Virus record (IMG/VR): IMGVR_UViG_3300037155_000096
Reading direction: 5' to 3' (one strand)
Source of the DNA: a virus
Length of the DNA: 64,000 nt
The position numbers were made by a program, and so were the translations under genes. Numbering within the stretch: position 1 is the first letter of the stretch; each line of letters begins with the position of its first letter. The notes beneath the pieces were generated by a model. The model was not told where the DNA came from, ran no database searches, and saw nothing but the letters and a program-made list of their open reading frames with translations. Positions 57,526-64,000 of the stretch are shown here, piece after piece.

Positions 57526-58620
57526 ATGAAATTAAATGAAATTACTATTGTTTTAGACCAGCTCTTACTTGACCCAAATAATCCAAGATTTGCTGATATA
57601 TCAGATGATACTTTAAATATTCCTCGTGAGAGGTATATAGAAGAAGCAATCCAAAAACAAGCTTATGACAAAATGATGAATCCTAAGTTTGATGTTATTT
57701 CTCTTGCGAACTCAATAATGACTGTAGGCTTCTATCCGGTTGATAAAATAGTTACTTCGAAAATTGATACAAGTAATTATGTTGTTATTGAAGGGAATAG
57801 AAGAACGGCTGCCTTAAAATATATATTAAGGCAGCATGAATTGGGTCAAACTACTCTTAGTGCTGAGGAAATTGCTGATTTATCCAACATCAGTATCATG
57901 GTTGTTGACGAACAAGAAGAACAGCTTGGTTACATTGGTAAAATAATTCAAGGGATTAGAAATGTTAGCGGTATTAAAGAATGGGAGGCATTTCAAAAAG
58001 CACAATTTATTAATGATATGATTGACAAAGGTAAAGAACCTGGAAATATTTCTAAAATGATCGGCATGCAGGTCAAAGAAATAAATAGATACTATAGAAC
58101 TTACCAAGTAATGTTGAATTTTAAAAGAGATGAGGAGTATGGATCAAAATGGAAACCAAATTACTTCAGTTATTTTGATGAAATATTAAAGAAACCAGCC
58201 TTGAGAGAATTTTTAGGTTGGAATCCAGACGATTTTATTTTTGAAAACATTAGTAATCTTAAAAGATTATATGACTGGATCTTACCAGATGATGATAAGA
58301 ATTCAACTATTAATGATGCTAAAGAAGTTCGGAGATTGCCAGAACTTATTTATGATCATACAGCTTTGACATATTTAGACGATAAAAACCTTCAAAAAGC
58401 AATTAATTATATCGAGCAAAAGAACTTTAACACGACTGGAATATCAATTACTGAATGCATATCAAGAATTCATTCGGCTATCGATGGCTTTAAAAATCTG
58501 ATTGCTGAGAGTTTAGAAAATGAAATTAATGATGAAGAAATTGATGAAATTGAAAAGGGGATTAATGATATGAAAACACAATTAAGCCGAGTAAAGACAT
58601 TAAGGACAAATGGACAATAA
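57526..58620 (+). CDS. ParB/Srx N-terminal-domain protein
   Basis: LLLDPNNPRF, VVIEGNRRTAALK. Confidence 0.75.
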   Translation: MKLNEITIVLDQLLLDPNNPRFADISDDTLNIPRERYIEEAIQKQAYDKMMNPKFDVISLANSIMTVGFYPVDKIVTSKIDTSNYVVIEGNRRTAALKYILRQHELGQTTLSAEEIADLSNISIMVVDEQEEQLGYIGKIIQGIRNVSGIKEWEAFQKAQFINDMIDKGKEPGNISKMIGMQVKEINRYYRTYQVMLNFKRDEEYGSKWKPNYFSYFDEILKKPALREFLGWNPDDFIFENISNLKRLYDWILPDDDKNSTINDAKEVRRLPELIYDHTALTYLDDKNLQKAINYIEQKNFNTTGISITECISRIHSAIDGFKNLIAESLENEINDEEIDEIEKGINDMKTQLSRVKTLRTNGQ

Positions 58621-59332
58621 CCTATTTGTAAATATTTTACAAAATACTGATAGAATAGAGACAGAATCTCTGTTAAACAAATATTATCAAATAAAAGGCC
58701 TTAATATTTTTGATTCTGCTGAAATGGCTCAAAATAATTTAAATCAATTTGTTGATGATTGTAATGCAGAAATAAAATACTGCCGAAACAAGAACATACC
58801 TTCTATATTCTTAAATGTAACAAATAATATATTAAATGTTAATCGGGATTATTTTTTAATTATGAATATTAAGGAAGATTTATTAAATCTAACCTGGGAG
58901 CAATTTGAGGATTTTGCATCTATTTATATTGAAAAAACATTTGGAACTTTAGATACATGGGTTTCCCAGCGTACAAGAGATGGTGGTGTGGATTTTACTG
59001 CAAGAATTCCTTTCAAAAGTAATTATTCGCAAAATATTTATGGTTTTATTGAATTTTATGGTCAAGCTAAAAAATATGAAGCAAATGTTGGTCGTGTTGA
59101 AATTGATAAATTTACAGCTTATGCAAATAGACAAAAAAGAGGAAATACATTTCCAGCTCAAATATTTTGTATACTAACTACTTCTGACTTTAATATTGAT
59201 GCCCAAAAAGAAATAAAAGCCAACTCTTTTTTATCCTTTAATGGTTTACAAATGGCCCAATTAATTTATTCTTACCTAAGTAACAACACTGAAAACTTAA
59301 ATCCCTTTGCGCAATTTGGTATATCCTTGTGA
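58610..59332 (+). CDS. Mrr-like restriction endonuclease
   Basis: WEQFEDF...RDGGVD...GQAKKY. Confidence 0.8.
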   Translation: MDNNLFVNILQNTDRIETESLLNKYYQIKGLNIFDSAEMAQNNLNQFVDDCNAEIKYCRNKNIPSIFLNVTNNILNVNRDYFLIMNIKEDLLNLTWEQFEDFASIYIEKTFGTLDTWVSQRTRDGGVDFTARIPFKSNYSQNIYGFIEFYGQAKKYEANVGRVEIDKFTAYANRQKRGNTFPAQIFCILTTSDFNIDAQKEIKANSFLSFNGLQMAQLIYSYLSNNTENLNPFAQFGISL

Positions 59333-59460
59333 ATTTTCCTTTTGGCCTGACTAGGGAATATGCTGGCCATCTACGTTGAATTGAGAAAATTAGAACCCAA
59401 ATGTTATTAAAAATAGCTATTTTAGCATATTAAACTGGTAACTTAGAGACGAATTTGATA

Positions 59461-59631
59461 ATACTTCACAAAATAGATGAATTTATTTGGAATCTTTTCC
59501 CCAGTTCAAAGAAATTCGGAAATGACAAGAATATCCTGATCGAAGAAATTACTGACTATTATTCATACGGACCATACAAACCAAAAGTAACTGCTACGGA
59601 AGATCTAATCAAAATTGAAGTGGAATATTGA
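59461..59631 (+). pseudogene. Gene fragment
   Basis: Open stretch HKIDEFIW...YYSYGPYKPKV ending in an early stop; no clear start. Confidence 0.3.
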
Positions 59632-59679
59632 GGATTTAGCTGGATTGTTAGATAACGAATAATGGAAGCGGGGTTTAGT

Positions 59680-60015
59680 TTAAGTTTTTATAATTTCGAT
59701 TAATTTATCAATAACTTCATTTAATTTTCCTTTTGAAATGTTCCCCTTTTTGCTTTGAATAATTTTAGAATGCGCCGTAAAAATTCTATTCGGGCGAATA
59801 AAGGAGTCTACCTTTAGTTTGCCTGCGATAAAATCAGTGTCTGTAAGGGAAATCTTATAAATGTCTTTATTATAATACTGATGGGTTATTTGACATAGTA
59901 TTAAATCATCTCCCTTCAAATTAGTAATGACGAGGGCAGGTCTTAACTTAGTATCGCTTAAATCAGAAAACGGAAATGGTACAGTTACTACGTCTCCCTT
60001 TATAAATCCGCCCAT
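59680..60015 (-). CDS. mazF: PemK/MazF-family toxin
   Basis: GDVVTVPFPFSD...RPALVI...QIT. Confidence 0.88.
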   Translation of the reverse strand: MGGFIKGDVVTVPFPFSDLSDTKLRPALVITNLKGDDLILCQITHQYYNKDIYKISLTDTDFIAGKLKVDSFIRPNRIFTAHSKIIQSKKGNISKGKLNEVIDKLIEIIKT

Positions 60016-60251
60016 ACTTCGTCCTCAATGGGGTTGTCCCAATCCCTTTTTAATACATCTTCAGATGCTAACATATTTAAATATGATTCTGAATAAATTA
60101 TATCTGGAGCAACGGGGACAATAACATCCCACAAGGAATTAAATCCTAAATAACAAAACGATGCCTTGGCTTTTATTTCGGGATAATCGAATGGAAATCC
60201 TGAAATAATAGAATTCGTCATTTTATTCGATATTACTATCGTGTCACCCAT
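60000..60251 (-). CDS. Putative antitoxin
   Basis: ASEDVLKRDWDNPIEDEVWADL tail typical of MazF-linked partners; overlaps toxin start. Confidence 0.65.
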   Translation of the reverse strand: MGDTIVISNKMTNSIISGFPFDYPEIKAKASFCYLGFNSLWDVIVPVAPDIIYSESYLNMLASEDVLKRDWDNPIEDEVWADL

Positions 60252-60252
60252 A

Positions 60253-60597
60253 TTAGGTTTTCTCCTTGTCTTGTTTTTTCTCAGACTCTACCATCTTTAA
60301 ACGATTATCTTTGTTTTCCTGTAAAGCCGTAACGAGTTCGTTCATTTTTTCTGGAGTAATAATGAGTCTCGCTAAACATTTTGCATCAATTGAATCTATT
60401 TTGTCAAATTCCGCTTTTCTTTCTTCTTCTGATGCACCTATTACTAACGGAAGAACAGTTTCAAAAAAAGCTAAAGTAAAAAAATCCTTCTGATGTTGCA
60501 CAACTACGTGATTGACAAATTTAGTTTCTAAATTTTCTGGAAAAATAAAATTTAACTTTATTTTCTTAGTAGTTAATTCTGACGTTTTTACTGGCAT
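60253..60597 (-). CDS. DUF3467-like protein
   Basis: FVNHVVVQH...FTLAF...ARLIITP. Confidence 0.65.
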   Translation of the reverse strand: MPVKTSELTTKKIKLNFIFPENLETKFVNHVVVQHQKDFFTLAFFETVLPLVIGASEEERKAEFDKIDSIDAKCLARLIITPEKMNELVTALQENKDNRLKMVESEKKQDKEKT

Positions 60598-61125
60598 TTT
60601 GATTTTATTTAAAAATGGAAATTGTTCTATTTATTTATTAGACAACCTTATAATCGAAAAGTTTCAAAAAAATATATCTTGTGGCGCATCTATTCTAATA
60701 AATTATCTTATTAGTTCCTAACAAAATATGATTTATGTCAACACTAAAAATAGCTTTGCGTCTTATAACCCAAGACAGGAAGCTTACCACAACTAAAATG
60801 ATATGAAATAAGTATGCCACAATAAATAGTCTGAATATAGAACAAAATCCAACTATTTCGAGAAACGATAATGTAAAATGTACAGACAATTCTTAATTAA
60901 TTACAAATATAGGTATATACTTCTATAAAAAAAAGCAATTCGGTGTCCACATGATGCAAGTAATCTCTTCTAATATGGGGATATTATGGAAGATAATAAA
61001 AATCAATATTATTAAATCGAAACTGAGACACTACCGGAATTTAAGAGTAAAAAAATAGGCAGAAACTGATGAATAATTTGACAAGATACAAATATTGACG
61101 GTTGAAGCTCTTTTGGAAAGAGTAA

Positions 61126-61446
61126 TTATAACCGATGAGTTAGAGCCTTATCGCTTCCTGATAATATCAAATAAGAATCATAATTTGGTATTCGGATAAG
61201 TTTTTGTGCTTTATTTTTTATTAACAGTTCAGAAAAATTATTAAAATATTCGTCATGCATAATTAAATAATAGAATGGATGCATTGCGTTACCATCTTTT
61301 TTTGAATGTAGTAGATTACAAAAACATACTCCTGGTTCAGAATTCGATAATGAATTTATTATTGCAGAAAAGTCATTTATAGCATTAGTTTTTAAGATTC
61401 TTTTATGTTGAATTTTAAATATTAACATTATCCTTTCACCTTCCAC
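61126..61446 (-). CDS. Hypothetical protein
   Basis: ORF downstream of PIN-like gene. Confidence 0.45.
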   Translation of the reverse strand: MEGERIMLIFKIQHKRILKTNAINDFSAIINSLSNSEPGVCFCNLLHSKKDGNAMHPFYYLIMHDEYFNNFSELLIKNKAQKLIRIPNYDSYLILSGSDKALTHRL

Positions 61447-61472
61447 TCATGTATCTCGGACAGTAAATAGTT

Positions 61473-62342
61473 TCATATTTCAGTTGCAATTAATTGACTA
61501 TTAATACTCTGACCATCTATTTTAAATAAAACTCCATCTTTACAACACCTATGGAATATTTTTATCATTTTAGTATCATTGGAAGCTAAACACTTGTTAA
61601 AAACTCCCAACGTAAGATATTCAACGTCTATGTGATCATGAATTAATTTAGTAGGACTAATAATTCTATTAAAAGAATCATTATCCCTTTTATATTCTAC
61701 AGCATAAATTAAGAATACTTGAAACCAACACAATATAGCCCAATTAAAATCTATAATTTTTGACTTAGGCATATATTTAAAGCGAAAAATATCATAAATT
61801 TTAATTAGATAATCTCTATCATTATAGATCTTATTTAATGTTTCATCAAATATTGTAGAATTCGGGTCCTCTATATTCTTAATTTCAGGTATGAGATTAT
61901 AAACTCCATCCATGAGTTTTTTAAATTTTTCTGCTCCTTCACCTTCCAATTCCTTATGGTAAAAGTTTAACATATTTATTATGTTTTCATCGAATTTGCT
62001 TTCTCTTAAACTATTAATATCTGCATCAAAAGAAGTATCATATAAAAAATCACTTACTGACTCAATAGGTTTTTTATATTTTATTTCATATTCAATTAGG
62101 GTGTGAATAGACTCCATTAAATGCACCTTATTCTTTACTAAATTTAATCTATTCAAAATAATAATTGCCTGTTCTTTTTTATTCTTATCGTAATCATCAA
62201 TCAAATCCTTTTCCTGTTTACAATACTTAAAAATCTCATAACCCAATACCCCTGGGAGAACGAAGTTGTTATTATCACATATCTTTATCAAAGCATCTCG
62301 ATTTACGCCAAGAATCCAACTTTTGTCCACGATGATATTCAT
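61473..62342 (-). CDS. PIN-like domain protein (tentative)
   Basis: IIVDKSW, E, D..D..Y, LASND acidic pattern. Confidence 0.5.
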   Translation of the reverse strand: MNIIVDKSWILGVNRDALIKICDNNNFVLPGVLGYEIFKYCKQEKDLIDDYDKNKKEQAIIILNRLNLVKNKVHLMESIHTLIEYEIKYKKPIESVSDFLYDTSFDADINSLRESKFDENIINMLNFYHKELEGEGAEKFKKLMDGVYNLIPEIKNIEDPNSTIFDETLNKIYNDRDYLIKIYDIFRFKYMPKSKIIDFNWAILCWFQVFLIYAVEYKRDNDSFNRIISPTKLIHDHIDVEYLTLGVFNKCLASNDTKMIKIFHRCCKDGVLFKIDGQSINSQLIATEI

Positions 62343-62427
62343 TTTTATTACTCCTATAATTATAAAATAATTTTATTCGAACTGCTTCACACGAGGACAA
62401 AAACAGGACTACACGTTGAATATAGAC

Positions 62428-62463
62428 AAAAAAGAGACAGAAGCATTCAAGCCTCTGTCTCTT
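62428..62463 (-). terminator. Rho-independent terminator
   Basis: 10-bp stem aagagacaga/tctgtctctt running into a T tract on minus strand. Confidence 0.75.
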
Positions 62464-62487
62464 AATTCCTCTTAATTCCTTGATGGA

Positions 62488-62973
62488 TTATTTAGTCGGT
62501 TGATCAGCTCCTTTTTCTTTCTCTATATGTTGTTGCTGTTGTTGTTCAAGAACTGCGTTAACGTGGTCTTGGTCCAAGCCATACCAATTTCCAGTAGCTG
62601 CATCAACTATAATAGGCACTAAACCAAAGACTACATCAAGAACAATCCACCCTGCTCCAACTGAATTATTTAATACAATGGTCTTAGTTTCAAAACCATC
62701 TTTCTTAAACTCAAGCGTGTAAGAGTTTTTTGATTTTAGTTGCAGTTGAACAGGTGTTGTGCCTAATAGGTTTCCGTTAACATAAACTTTTGAAGCACTT
62801 GGATCAGACGAGAAAGAAACGGTATCCGTTGAACCGTGAAATATGGTCGCACAACTTGCTAATAAAATGGCGGTTATAATGCCAAAAATAAAAACGGAAC
62901 TGAGACTGAATATTTTTTTCAAAACTGACTCCTTTTTAATTCGGCAATCCTTATTAAGATTATGATTCGGCAC
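62488..62973 (-). CDS. PEGA-domain lipoprotein
   Basis: LASC lipobox; SDPSASKVYVNG...GTTP. Confidence 0.8.
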   Translation of the reverse strand: MPNHNLNKDCRIKKESVLKKIFSLSSVFIFGIITAILLASCATIFHGSTDTVSFSSDPSASKVYVNGNLLGTTPVQLQLKSKNSYTLEFKKDGFETKTIVLNNSVGAGWIVLDVVFGLVPIIVDAATGNWYGLDQDHVNAVLEQQQQQHIEKEKGADQPTK

Positions 62974-63096
62974 TCGCTGAATTGCCTTTAAACGAAATGC
63001 CTTACTATTTACTTATAATACTCTTTTTACTTTATCAATTAAACTGCCACCCAAAACCACTGTCCGTATTGAGTAGCAGGTACGAAGTTGTCTAAA

Positions 63097-63885
63097 CTAA
63101 TCTGGAAGTTCATTAAGATTTATTAGATTTTCTTTACCATTGACTTCAAAAAGATTATCGTTGCTTAGTGTTATTTTAGTTTGCTGATTCGGTTTTACTG
63201 TAATCCGAATTAGCCAATGATATTCTTCCGTTTCGCCCCCAGCCATGCGTGAAGAGGAAGCCACAAGAGCAAATTTCCCAGGTTTAAGTGAAAGCGTGAA
63301 TTTCCCATCTGCGTCGGTTTTTGTTGTCAACATAGTTGTTGATAATCCCTTTCTACTAAACACATCTCGAAAATACTGAAACATATTATCTAAAAGAGAA
63401 TCGTATTCAATTCTGCAATTAAGAAGTTTTAGTTTACTTTCAAGATAAGTTATTTTGTCACTTTGATATTTCTGTTTCTCTGTTTCAAACTCTAATTCAT
63501 CTAACTTCTTTTTCATTAAACCTAAACTCGGTTTACCTGGCATAATTTCTTTTCTTGCCGATTGGTATTTTGATTGTATGTATGGCTTGATAGCACTTTC
63601 GGAGATAACACATATCTCCACCAAACCAAGTTTTATACTCTCGCCTCCTCTCGTTACTATAAAAACTTCACCTGAAGCACCCGATACTAATGGAGAACAA
63701 TTTGCAATAAAAGAAAAAGCATAAATTACTAAGCAAAGGAAAAGAATATTTATTTTCATAATTAATCCTTTATGATAAAAAACTAAGTTTTCAAATGAGC
63801 AGTTCAGCGTTAGGTTAGAATTTGAATTTTCCAGCAAGTTCATTGTTGATGAAAACCATAGCTGTATATCCAGCGCCAATACCAA
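63097..63885 (-). CDS. Exported hypothetical protein
   Basis: MKINILFLCL signal; KTDADGKFTLSLKPGKF beta-sandwich-like. Confidence 0.6.
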   Translation of the reverse strand: MVLALDIQLWFSSTMNLLENSNSNLTLNCSFENLVFYHKGLIMKINILFLCLVIYAFSFIANCSPLVSGASGEVFIVTRGGESIKLGLVEICVISESAIKPYIQSKYQSARKEIMPGKPSLGLMKKKLDELEFETEKQKYQSDKITYLESKLKLLNCRIEYDSLLDNMFQYFRDVFSRKGLSTTMLTTKTDADGKFTLSLKPGKFALVASSSRMAGGETEEYHWLIRITVKPNQQTKITLSNDNLFEVNGKENLINLNELPD

Positions 63886-64000
63886 GAAAACCAGCAGAAT
63901 AGGATACCATTAGTTTTACTTCTTTGCCTTTATAACTTCCTTTTTCTTCCATGTTCCCTGAGAAGAAGTTAGCACCATTATCTATTACGGTGCTATCGTT

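Larger units (their letters stand above)
38376..64000. mobile_element. AT-rich defence island
   Basis: Composition shift; pAgo-SIR2, BREX, Mrr, TA; integrase relic; backbone promoter motif not seen. Confidence 0.75.

Noticed and set aside
1-64000. Virion structural, terminase or conjugation genes; rRNA
   Set aside because: No recognisable motifs seen in this window

Overview
Two very different blocks. (1) About 1-38,375 is the backbone of a large phage-like or plasmid-like element. It carries dense small genes, almost all on the minus strand, including phage-type families (ATP-dependent DNA ligase, MazG, HD hydrolase, DUF5131, DUF1937, DUF3768, GT9) and a complete iteron replicon (Rep_3 initiator, parA, parB, 14-bp iteron array). 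No capsid, tail or terminase gene is visible. The backbone operons are headed by 11 co-oriented copies of a sigma54-like promoter variant, TTAGCAC(G)-N4-TTG(T/A). It also holds two structured non-coding modules (about 325 nt and about 560 nt), several internally deleted genes, and a small AT-rich insertion (5.8-8.6 kb). (2) About 38,376-64,000 is a visibly more AT-rich defence island that truncates a backbone methyltransferase-like gene. It contains a coupled lipoprotein / inactive long pAgo / SIR2 operon, a six-gene BREX type-1-like cluster followed by a ParB-domain + Mrr-like pair, a MazF-type TA module, a PIN-like gene and a tyrosine-recombinase relic. TAnnTTTG promoters and lipoboxes suggest a diderm FCB-group host (inference). 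All family calls come from motif recognition by eye; no database search was run.
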